Origin: Octopus vulgaris | Taxonomy: Eukaryota | Assembly (NCBI GenBank): GCA_951406725.2 | Contig: OX597814.1 | Span: 42,346,001 to 42,410,000, forward strand | Length of the DNA stretch: 64,000 nt | Reading direction: 5' to 3' | Shown: positions 40,254 to 51,628 of the stretch, piece after piece | How the letters are laid out: the number at the start of each line of letters is the position of its first letter | Numbering within the stretch: the first letter of the stretch is position 1 | Translations under genes and position numbers: made by a program | The notes under the pieces: generated by a model | What the model saw: the letters and a program-made list of their open reading frames with translations, nothing else | What the model was told of the DNA's origin: nothing | Databases searched by the model: none

Positions 40254-42269
40254 TTGACCAATACAAGAAATAACTACCTTGACCAATACATTGATATCCT
40301 GTCTAAATTTCCCCTTAGACGCAATACCAATGTTAGGCCAAACATTAGCAAATCAGAGATGTCTGCATGTAAACGTATACAAAACGATCAAACAATAATA
40401 ATTAAACAAGCAGATAAAGGTGGTGCAATTGTTATTATGGATACCGAATACTATAAGGATTTGGTTGAAGACCAACTGAAGGATACAACCTTCTATTGTG
40501 AAATACCCGCAAATATAGACCACCACATCATGAAAAAGATCAACAACCTGATTTCAACACACCACAACTCACTTACGGATAATGAAAAAGACTACATCAC
40601 CAATTTTGAACCAAAACCCAGCAACTTCTACGGCTTACCAAAAATGCACAAATCAAAAAACATTCAACAGGCAGTAAAAGAACAAGAAAGTGAGTACATA
40701 AAATTATTACATCCAAAAGACCTAAAACTTAGACCTATTATAGCTGGTCCAGCATGCCCTACACACCGTCTAAGCAATTTTATTGACATTGTTTTGAAAC
40801 CACTATGTACTTACATACCAAGTTTCATCAGGGATGACATCGACTTCCTGTCCCATCTTCCCAAAACAACAGAAACAAATTCAGTTTTACTAAGTTTTGA
40901 TGTGGTAAGCCTCTACACCAATATTCCACACGATTTAGGAATAAAGGCGATTAAATACTGGTTAGAAAAACATAGAGAAGTGATTCCCAGCAGATTCACA
41001 GTGCCATTTATATTAGACACAGTCAAACTTATTCTAGAAAATAACACATTCTTCTTCAATGGAAAGAATTACATCCAAATTAGAGGCACGGCGATGGGAA
41101 CGAGGTTTGCTCCCGTTTACGCCAACTCTGTAATGGGATACTTAGAAGAACAACTCTACCAAGAGGTGGAGGTAAACTATGGCACTGGATTTAGAAAGTA
41201 TATTGAAAAGGCATGGAAGAGATACCTAGACGACTGTTTCATAATCTGGACAGAATCTCTAAATACTCTGGAAGAGTTCAATATCCTCCTGAACAACCTA
41301 CACCCATCTCTCAAATTTACAAAGGAGATGAGTAGTACCAAATTACCATTCCTGGATATAATGGTAATTAAAAAAGACACCACCATCACCACAGATATAT
41401 ACTATAAACACACAGACACACATCAATACCTAAATTTTAAGTCGTGCCATCCACCACATACAAAACGTAACATCCCATACTGCCTAGCCAGAAGAATTTG
41501 TACTATTGTAGAAGATGCAAATATCAGGAACAAACGCCTAATAGAACTAAGAGAATTTTTGCTCAAACAAAAATACCCATCTCTACTTATAGAAAATGGC
41601 ATACAGCGGGCTATAAAAATACCTATACAACAACTTAGGACAACCCAAGGAAGAGGAAAACAAGAACAAGTCATACCATTCATAGTGACACACAACCCAT
41701 GTCACCAGAATATCTTCAACATTGCCAAAGCAAACCTACCAATCATTGCCCAAAGTAATGAATTAAAAGACATAATCAAGGATCGAGCTATGGTGCTTAG
41801 TAAAAGACAGCCTAAGAACTTGAAAACATTACTAACAAAGGCAAAATTTGACCTCAGCAACAAAGACCAAACATTCACGGTATCTAAATGCAATGATAGC
41901 CGATGTGGCACATGCCAATTCATACATACCGGTCAATATATAAACACAAAAACCGGGAAAATATTCACAAACGCGAATATGAACTGCAAAAGCAGAAATT
42001 TAATTTACTGCATCAAATGCCCAAATTGTGAAGAAATATATGTAGGTCAGACGGGAAACGCACTATTAGAACGCTCACGTGTACACCGGCAACAGATTAG
42101 AGACCCAGAGGTCCGTCAGATACCTTTGAGTAACCACCTAGCAACATGTGGTCGGAAAATATATATAATATTTCCATTCTACAAATTACACAGCCCAAGT
42201 GAAATCGAGAGGAAAATCAGAGAAAAGAATTTTATTGATAAATTCGAACCCAAGCTAAATAAGCAATAA
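40254..42269 (+). CDS. PLE polyprotein: reverse transcriptase + CxxxxCxxC linker + GIY-YIG endonuclease (N-terminally truncated, no internal stops)
   Basis: ADKGGAIVIM, FYGLPKMHK, RPIIA, DVVSLYTNIP, GTAMG, RYLDD, PFLD, YYKHT; CNDSRCGTC; LIYCIKC...YVGQTG...R; the TTG start derives from the junction duplication. Confidence 0.92.
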   Translation: MTNTRNNYLDQYIDILSKFPLRRNTNVRPNISKSEMSACKRIQNDQTIIIKQADKGGAIVIMDTEYYKDLVEDQLKDTTFYCEIPANIDHHIMKKINNLISTHHNSLTDNEKDYITNFEPKPSNFYGLPKMHKSKNIQQAVKEQESEYIKLLHPKDLKLRPIIAGPACPTHRLSNFIDIVLKPLCTYIPSFIRDDIDFLSHLPKTTETNSVLLSFDVVSLYTNIPHDLGIKAIKYWLEKHREVIPSRFTVPFILDTVKLILENNTFFFNGKNYIQIRGTAMGTRFAPVYANSVMGYLEEQLYQEVEVNYGTGFRKYIEKAWKRYLDDCFIIWTESLNTLEEFNILLNNLHPSLKFTKEMSSTKLPFLDIMVIKKDTTITTDIYYKHTDTHQYLNFKSCHPPHTKRNIPYCLARRICTIVEDANIRNKRLIELREFLLKQKYPSLLIENGIQRAIKIPIQQLRTTQGRGKQEQVIPFIVTHNPCHQNIFNIAKANLPIIAQSNELKDIIKDRAMVLSKRQPKNLKTLLTKAKFDLSNKDQTFTVSKCNDSRCGTCQFIHTGQYINTKTGKIFTNANMNCKSRNLIYCIKCPNCEEIYVGQTGNALLERSRVHRQQIRDPEVRQIPLSNHLATCGRKIYIIFPFYKLHSPSEIERKIREKNFIDKFEPKLNKQ

Positions 42270-42762
42270 TAATAATACTTAGAGGTATTACTTCCACTGC
42301 TACGACCATGACCACTAACAACAACAACAATACTAAAGGTGATCAAGACGAAGATAGCAGGAAAATTATCTTATTTAGGGTTAAAAGTTCTATTGCCACC
42401 ACCATCACCACTAGCAACAATAATTAAGGTGCTGACAATGATGATGATGACAATTGAAATATAAAAATATAAAATCTCTGACAAAGGATATTTACAACAT
42501 TTCTAAAAATAACCCAACAATTGCTGCTTCGGCCAGGGTCAAGATACAGGACTCTTGACCTGTCCAACAAAGCCTGATGCCTAAACCAATCAGCTCAACC
42601 AACCAATCAGCTTAAGTAATTGAGTGATACTACACACTGATTGGTCAGAATACAGTTTGCAAAACCTAGCACTCTGGAGCCTACCCAGCTGTATTTATAG
42701 CACAGAATCACTCATCTTGCTACAGTCAAAAATTGTGAAGCATGACTGTCAACACTACTACA

Positions 42763-42807
42763 TGAACCCGAAGATTGCAGAATTCAATGCATGAAAGTAC
42801 TAGTTCA
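42763..42807 (+). ncRNA. Minimal type I hammerhead ribozyme in the PLE 3' pLTR
   Basis: tgaac-CCGAAGA-t-tgca(gaattcaa)tgca-t-GAAA-gta-CTA-gttca; palindromic stem III agtact. Confidence 0.7.
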
Positions 42808-42939
42808 ATCAGAATGAATATTTAACATTCTACTATTTCATTTTATTTTATTCAATTATAATATATTATCTTATAATATATCATTATAAGATTGTAAATA
42901 AAACGTGAAAATCAGACAAGGTTGGAATTCTTTTTATTA

Positions 42940-42971
<32 letters not shown>

Positions 42972-43357
42972 TAGAGAGAAACAACTATGTGGACACCCGA
43001 TCTTAATAAAATTAATATCTAATTTCTCACCCTCATTAAAAATGTATATATATATATATATATATATAATCCTACATCACATGCACAGAAGCTCAGAATA
43101 CGCATTCAATTGCATGATTATGCACGTTTACACATCCTCGCACATCATCACCCTCTTAGGTGCATGAATAAAAGATGCATGCACATGCACAAGCACGAGA
43201 ATTGTATATAAGCTGAATACTATATACTTAAATGCACATGACAAAATGTTTACTCTAATCGTATAGGCAACTTCAGAGCGGCGTAACAATTAGTGATATT
43301 ATAGTATGCTCTAATGGTAATGCACGACTTGAAATACAGACAATCTTAATAAGAATG

Positions 43358-43405
<48 letters not shown>

Positions 43406-43409
43406 GTCA

Positions 43410-44226
43410 GTTTTTGAAAAATAAAGATGCGGTTTATTGGAATAGAACCTAGCAATGGCCGCAGAAAGGAGGGTTAAAAGGGCCCACTGAGGCGTTAGTG
43501 TGCAGTGCTCAGGAACAAACTACTCCACATATCATAATGATAAAGGCACTGACTTCCCACTGTGTAGGATGTGCTCTGAGAATGGAGAAAATATGAGCGA
43601 TTTTGTTAGTGAGTGGTGTAAACACGTACAACGCGAATCCAAATGAGACATGACGGTGTGTCCAGATATATATACCACTGGCGATTGTGCGGTTAAGTAA
43701 GCCTCAAGAGAGCCGAACAATCGTATTAACATAAGCCAGAGGGAATAATAGAAAACGAACATTAAAAAATGCTCTGGAATTTTAACATACAGTGCGACCA
43801 AGTAATAGAGAGGAGATGGTCATATATCGTGATCATCTAAAGATAAAAAAAAAGCAAAGATAATAGATGTTGCAATACCAGGCGATTCGAGGGTGAAATG
43901 TAAGGAAACAGAAAAGAATTAGAAATGCCAGCCACTGTGAGACGGGATAGAAAATTTATGGGGCATGAGGAAAGTAATGGTGATACAGGTGGTAATTGAG
44001 CATTAGGAGCAGTTTCCAAAAGCTTTGGAAAATGTGTTAGGAATGTTGTAGCTGCTGTCAGGCTCGAAGTGATCCAGAAAACAGCATTGTTGGATACAGC
44101 TCGCATTCTAAGGAGAGTATTGTCTCTTTGAGTCGCAGGAGAAGGCACTACTTGAAACCTTTGGTGATTTGTTATTGCCTGCTTTCACGTAAAGAACAAC
44201 CGTTTAGAATTATCTGAGAGTCTTTC

Positions 44227-44230
<4 letters not shown>
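43410..44230 (+). mobile_element. R4/Dong-clade LINE 3' end (zinc knuckle + restriction-like endonuclease), decayed, flanked by (TAA)n
   Basis: PLCRMCSENGE...RHD, IDVAIPGD, VIQVV, IQKTALLDTARILRRVL; (TAA)n at ~43357-43404 and ~44228-44300. Confidence 0.8.
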
Positions 44231-44295
<65 letters not shown>

Positions 44296-44914
44296 TTAAT
44301 AATGATAATGATAATGATAATAATAATGATGATGATGATGATGATGATGATGATAACAACAACAATAACAACAGCAAGAGCAATAATAGTATCAGAAAGA
44401 ATAATTTGATTCCAGGATCGTAAAAAAGTGAATTAGGAAAATAAATATATAAATGAAAATCCCTTTGAAATTTGAAATAGGAAGACTTTGTAGCATGAGA
44501 ATATTAAATGTCATGCCTATAATAATAAAACTTCTACTACTCCCCACCAAGCTCTTTATTAAATTTGAACTATCCCTTCTCTTCTTACCATTCACTATTT
44601 TAATACCCCACTGTTCCCACATCTAATACACTTAGCTCCACACATTCAATCATTCCCGTATTGAACTTCTCTCGCTTAAAATTCAAATGTAAGATCTGGT
44701 CTCATCCGATGATCTACAAATACTATTATGTACCACCGAGTCCCCAAAACAGCTGTCGGATTTCTAATACTTTTTTCTTAAAACCTTTAATTCTATATAA
44801 CATTTGCATTCTTTTTAGGTTGGGCATTTTTATATACGTACATATATTTTGTATTTAATTTATTTAATATACTTTATATATTGATCTGTCTAATTTTCTT
44901 ATTCCTACATATAA

Positions 44915-44977
<63 letters not shown>

Positions 44978-45583
44978 CTTGGTGCCTTTGTCCCTTTCTC
45001 TCTCTCTTTGATTCCTTGCCCCCTGCTTTTTTTCTCTCTCTTCTTCTCTCCTCTCACGTGACTGCTGTTCAACTAGTCTCTCCGCCTTTGACCTTTGCCA
45101 TATTGTCTTCGTCTGCCGCAAAGGCATTTTTTCAAAATACGCCAGCCAAGATAAATTAATTAGTCAGAAGTTGTAAGACACCTGCTGTTTTTGTCCTGTT
45201 ATTACTATTCCTGTTTTTTATTTTTATTTTTTGTTTCTTGTATTTATATTCGTGTGGCATCGTCCGGTTTTCTGTCCTTGTTTCGTATACATTCGATCCT
45301 TTTTCCAAGAAATCTAGGGCTCGTAGCTTAGTGTTTCCTTGGGGCTGGCCGGATCGGAGCGATATCAGGATTAATCAGCCGAAATTGCTAAGATGATCCG
45401 GTTCCCGACTGAAGATTAGAGGCTGTTTTTTTTGTGTGGTTTGCGTTCTTGTCCTTTTTTGTAATTTTATATATAATTTTTATACATATATATATATATA
45501 TTTATAAATACATATCCATATATATATATATGTTTACACACATACACACACATAGATATATATGTATATATAAATATGTATAA

Positions 45584-45622
<39 letters not shown>

Positions 45623-45661
45623 AGAGCGTGGGTATGTGAAGGCATGTGGTTGGATTATTAA

Positions 45662-46691
45662 AGAGAAAATAGAGTGAAAAACTGCAAAAGGGTGTGTTAT
45701 ATGGTTTAAGAATATATTTATATCATTATGTTAGGAAAATGTTATAAAATTTTGCGTATAGTAACATTATTTCTGGAGAAATAACCAGTTTCGTATTTTC
45801 TTTTCAAATTTCTCTCCATCATCACCCAAAATTTTACCAATGCTACATAAGGACCCCAAATTAAAGGAAATTTTACACACACATAAGATCATTAAAAGCC
45901 CCGCTAACAACCGAAATCACTAAAAAATATCCTCACAAAGGCCAAATTATTTTCTAAAATAACGGACACAAAAGTGAAAAAAATGTGGTCGACCAAATTA
46001 TGCACCATGCCAAAACCTTCTAGAAGGATCAGAATTCCTTTTGAAAGAGGGATAAAAATTCAAAATCCAATCAAATTTTACTTGTGCTTGAGAAAACCTG
46101 ATCTATATTATAAGATGCTCGGGCTGCCACCAAAATTACATAGGGTCCACCAGATTATCGCTCAGATGCAGATGCATTCTGCACGGATAGCAGATTGTAT
46201 TTCCAGAATACAGAATGATACACTTTTAGTAAAAAAAATTGAGAATTGCGCAAAGCAACTGCTACTACAATTTGTAACCTTTCCATTCAATCAATGTTCT
46301 ATTTCTAACATTTTTAAATAAGAAAACTCACCTCATTGAAAAAATAGAAAGCAAAAACTAACCACTCATAATATTCTATTCCTTCTAAACCAAATCATGT
46401 TAAATAAAACCTAGTCATTCCCAATATTTTTGATTATCTCCCTTATACCCGAAAAATCCCTGATTACCTTCCCTTGTCTGAAACTCTATATTTCACAACA
46501 TAGCGAAGACATGATACAATACAGTTAAAGGAATTTGAGAAATTTGAAAAGAAAATACGAAACCGGTTATTTCTCCAAAATCAATGTTACTATACGGAAA
46601 ATTTTATAACATTTTTCTGACATGACGATTTAAATATATTCCTCAACCATAAAATACATGCCTTCTGTAGTTGTTTCACTCTATTGTGTCT
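45662..46691 (+). mobile_element. Old Neptune-type PLE 3' fragment with inverted pLTR
   Basis: Frameshifted QPKSLKNILTKAKL...KCGRPNYAPC...SNFTCA*ENLIYIIRCSGCHQNYIGST (~45905-46150); 45662-45814 is a diverged reverse complement of 46537-46691. Confidence 0.75.
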
Positions 46692-47646
46692 AAAATTGCA
46701 GCCTTGGTTTCTGACAGGAACTCATTCCATTCACAACTTTCCCATATAGCATATGCATAGGGATCCGGCTATCCTTGTTTGTAATTAGGTATCCAGTCCT
46801 ATGTAACCTGTGTTTGTTCCCCATCGCCCCAATACTCAAGATATGAGCTGTTCTCAGTACCTATGTATCTGGATTTTTTTAAGATCCAGCCAATATTCAG
46901 AATATATTTATACACGTAAATGCATACCTATTGATCTTTCTTTCCTTTTTTTGTTTTCCAGATTGCTGAAAAAAGAACCATTAGTAGATCAGAATTGCGT
47001 GAGTCATCAAAAATACCAACTTGAAAACTAATACTACGTGATCAACTCGTGAGCTGCAAATAATCTGTTCCTGAGTATAATTTATTTTGAAGAAATAACG
47101 CACATAACAATTTTGTCAAAGGGAATTGACTTTCTGCATTCCAATATATATTTTCACGGATATTTGCAATGTGTTTTATTGAAAACCTATTTAAAATTCC
47201 TTATTATAAAGATTATATAATCCTATGACAATCAACACACGTTGGTCTCTGGAGAGTTCAACGCTAGTGTGGTGAAAAAATTAAGGTTGTGTCCAAAAGG
47301 CAAGGTAAGGAATAACGCTTTTTTCTCTTTGTCTTAGTGACTATTAAATCACTTTGCCATAACTCGTACTAATTTTCATTACATATATATTAGTCTGAAC
47401 TGCAATTGACACTTGCTTACTTTTTAAGCCTTTTCTGACAGGCCGAAGGAGTTTAAACGTTTGAAAATGTCGTACTTTATTATATATGGCTAGTGGTTAG
47501 ATTTACCAATTAATTTTTATATTACATATATTAAATATATTACATACGAGAGAGAGAGAGATAATGTGTGAGAGAGAGAGAGTGTGTGTGAGAGAGAGTG
47601 AGACAGACATAGTGAAAAAAAGAAGTAAATACATATATATGTATAT

Positions 47647-47713
<67 letters not shown>

Positions 47714-47733
47714 TACATACATACATACACATA

Positions 47734-47779
<46 letters not shown>

Positions 47780-47799
47780 TACATACATACATACACATA

Positions 47800-47830
<31 letters not shown>

Positions 47831-47832
<2 letters not shown>

Positions 47833-47954
47833 CGAAGCGCATCGATGCGAAACAAGGTGTAAAAAATAGTACACGAATGCCAGAGGTAGAGTAATACAGT
47901 TTATTGAAAAGCAGCAGAAATATCACAAAAACTGTTACTCAGAGTTTCACGTTC
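47831..47954 (-). mobile_element. pLTR-like terminal fragment with the 3' half of a hammerhead
   Basis: Minus strand gaacgt-GAAA-ctctga-GTA-acag, then AATAAA, running into (TA)n; the 5' half of the core is missing. Confidence 0.4.
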
Positions 47955-48119
47955 TTTTTTGTAGATTCTGCTCACAGCTGCGGCCATGCTGGGGCACCGT
48001 CGTTTTGCTATACTTTTATTATCGAGATCCTACTCTGATATGTGGCATTTGGTGAATAAAGGTATTTGATGTCGCTACTCATTTGTACCTCTTGCCGCAA
48101 GGTAGGTTCATCTGGGACT

Positions 48120-49720
48120 CCCGACAGGAAGAGGTCAAGTTTTGAAACGAAAGCACCTACGTCCACTTTATGTAGATCCCACTAGCTCCTTGGGAGAATA
48201 TTATATAGCTTTGGGCCCCTGAACCCTAGGATGTTGCAGTAACCGGTCCTGAAGCGCGATAGTATTGCTCGGATCTTTGGCACTGTGCGTTGACGATCGG
48301 TTCTGGCACTGGTGTTGCTTTCAGTGCCAAAATTTGGTGCAATTCGTTCCAAGATCTTCCAGATGTATATTACTGGACAGATCTCCTGCCTTCGCTCCAG
48401 GGAGTAGAGTCTTAGCTGTTTCAGCCTTTCCCAGAAGCTGAGCTGTCCCAACGAGACGAACTTATTTGTGAAGCTTCGCTGGATTGCTTCAAGATCCGCT
48501 GTTAATTTTACACTGTTGTGTGACCATATGAGGGAGCAGTAATCTAGGCAGCTGAAGAAGAATGTTCTCCGGATGTCCATCATGGTTTCTTTCTCTTAGG
48601 TCCTGAACATTCTCAGAATCAACCCAGCCAGTCGTGTGCATTGTGTAGCTATCCTGGTAATGTGCTCTTGGAAAGAGGTACCCTCACTCAAGTCAATACG
48701 CAGGTCTCTCACTAACTTAGGCGCTGGGATTGTAATCCCCTGTGGACCAGCGTACCCTGTAAGTTTTATATTCAGATTTTGGCGCTGGTAGTGCAGTGCT
48801 TGAAATTGTCAGCATTAAATTGTTCTCAGCTATCTTTAAATTGAGTGCAACTCCTGCTGTAGGTGTGCAACATCGCTGGGGTTCTGTATTTCCAGCATGA
48901 CTTTTGTATTGTCTGTGAAGCTACCAAGAGTGGCTATCCCGGTAGTTGAGTGCATATCTGAGTGGGCCACTATGAGAAGCAGTGGTCCCAAATAGTACCC
49001 TGTGGATCACTGCCCACTATTTTTCTTTTCTTTGAGGTGGCTCCAGTGGCCACTACTACCTGACTTCTATCGTTCAGAAAGTCATGTAATCACTCTCCAA
49101 GTTTCCCAGGTATGCCAAGATCACGCAGTTTGTGGCAAATCATATTATGATCCACTTTATCAAAAGCTTCTGCAAAATTAAAAAATATTATCTCCCCATT
49201 TGATTTGTTGAGTAACTGCCTCAACACCCATTCATAGTGCTGTAAGAACTATGTCAGACACCTCCTACCTGGTGGAATGTCACGCTTGGTATCACCCAGC
49301 AAGGTCTTTTCTTCAAGGAATGCGATTAGTTTTCCTCTGACTATCCATTCCATGACTTTGCTGATGTGTGAAGTCAGAGATATGGTCCTATAGTTTTTGG
49401 CATCTGCTCTGCTTCCTCCTTTATGAATTTGGCATATTATCCCTTTCGTCAACTTGCTTGGCAGCCTGCCATTTGTAAGAAAGCTCTTAAAGAGAATCTG
49501 TAGATGATTGCTGGGAAACCATCAGGACCAGCATTTGAGTTTGTTTCCACCTAATCTATGGCTAGTGGTATATCTTCTTCACTAATGTCGATGTAATCCG
49601 TCCTAACTGCCTCGCTGACTATAGGTGAAGCTGCAAAGAAATCCACTGGTTCGTTCCCTTGTCTGTGTTTCAACGGGGTGTTAAAGGCACTTTTGAACTG
49701 GTCATTCTGTACTTCACTAT
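48120..49720 (-). mobile_element. CR1-group LINE reverse transcriptase relic (multiple stops and frameshifts)
   Basis: NYRTISLTSHISKVME, NFAEAFDKVDH, PQGT..GPLL, SFTDNTK (FADDTK), LDYCSLIWS, LYSLERR. Confidence 0.85.
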
Positions 49721-49774
49721 TCTTTTACTCGTTTCAGTCATGTGACTGTGGCCATGCTGGAGCACCGCCTTAGC

Positions 49775-49805
<31 letters not shown>

Positions 49806-51551
49806 GGACAAGAATAACTCATTCATATATATATATATATGTGCGTGTGTATGTGTGTTTTTGTGTGCGTGTGTGTGTGTTTGTATGTGTGTGTATGAGC
49901 CTTTCTTGTCTCAACGTGTCCTTGCACCAACAAGATATCAGAACATTTTAGAACCTGTATTTAGTAACCTCACTAACACAATGCACAATATTTCAGTGGA
50001 AACATCCATTTTTTAAACCATTACATTGTTCTCTGTAATCTGAGATTCCACAAGCCGAAAGCTAACCCTAGTGACCTCTCTCCAGCCCTCCCATTTGATA
50101 CCATGGATCTCTATGATACCGACTGATATGCAATCATAAACGATCTATCACATGTTGGCTGGTCATTCACACATTCACACACCTCCTCAAAATAAGAGTG
50201 TGAAAATAGCCTCAAAATAATAGTGTCAGACTTCTGTAGAAACCCACCAAAACTTGTGAAGTAAACTAGTGCAGATTTCCCCCAAACAATAACCCTCTCA
50301 TCAAGTGGGCCATGTTTACCGATTCCTTATTTGAACGACTTTGCCAGGTGGTGCTATCAAATTAGACATGACCTGGGCCAATACAGGCCGAAACCTATCA
50401 AAGTTCAAAGTATCAAAGTATATGTGTGCGTGTGAGAGTATAGTCTCATGTTCCGTTTGTTTCCTTCAGTGATTACTGAAATACAGCCAATAACGTCATT
50501 GCAACAATACTGGCTTCTTTGTTTCACTGTGCTATAACAGACGTTGAAAATATTTGTGGCGGCATGATTTAGAGCGAAATGTGCTTGAGGAATTATGCTT
50601 TTGTATCGCTTTTCACGTAGAGATTGAATGGTATTTAATATCTTCATAGACTTGAGTTATATTACATTTTAACTTTAAAACACGTCATTCTATAAGTAAA
50701 TTGCAATAATTTTCGAAACAGCAATATTTTCTGAATGACCAATATTTATTTATTCGCGAATGCACTGCTATAAAATATGTAAGTGCATATAATTAATCCT
50801 CTGTGTAATGTTCATGGATAGTTCTCAATAGCTAGTATTTCGACGATGCTCTCAGAAAAGAATATATCAACATTTCTTCTACTTCCTTTACATTTTCTGA
50901 AGTATGCTTTCAAATAATGTCTCTTATAATTGTGTTACGATGTCGCAAATGACATAATCTTAGTGCCATTAATAAGATTTAAATGTCGCCCGCATCATAT
51001 TTCTCATTCTTACGACATCGAAAACACATCAGACTGTACGTACTTGAAGATAAGTGCAATGTAAGTTGTCTATAAGTATGTATGATATTTAGATTTACTT
51101 TCCTTTTTATTGCAAGCGTACAGATAATAAACTTACAAAGGTAGTTTTAAAATCTTACGCTCAAATTTACTTTCATGTCATGCAGCCCCATATGCTTTTG
51201 AAATACGTAGATATGTATCACAAAATATTCAAAAATGCATTATGGAAGATTACAGATAACTATTCAAAACGCACATTCATAATTACGCACAGTTTTTATC
51301 TCTTCATGTTATTATTATACTGCATAGATTGTCACAAGATTTAGCGAAACATAATTTTCTATATGCAAGCTATGATTTAGAAACTCAACTCAATGTTTGC
51401 AGGAATTCTAGCAAACAATAGAGTATAGAAAATAAAAATAAGCGATTGGTATACGCGTGGCTTAACAACTTATTTTGTGAATTCATCTCGAATTACAAGA
51501 CTACGCTTTCCGTTGTAAGCGCTTTTTTGCACACTCCTTTATTAATTCCAC

Positions 51552-51588
<37 letters not shown>

Positions 51589-51596
51589 TACAAGCA

Positions 51597-51627
<31 letters not shown>

Positions 51628-51628
<1 letters not shown>

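Larger units (their letters stand above)
38924..42945 (+). mobile_element. Penelope-like retroelement (Neptune type), 5'-truncated, with inverted upstream copy of its 3' 1.3 kb
   Basis: 38924-40240 is the reverse complement of 41630-42945; RT-GIY-YIG ORF inside; ends in (TA)n. Confidence 0.95.

Noticed and set aside
44700-44765. ccgatga...aaaacagctgtcgga, and a similar minus-strand motif at ~14735-14800, as hammerheads
   Set aside because: Core nucleotides are mutated and stem II is unconvincing; at most ancient remnants
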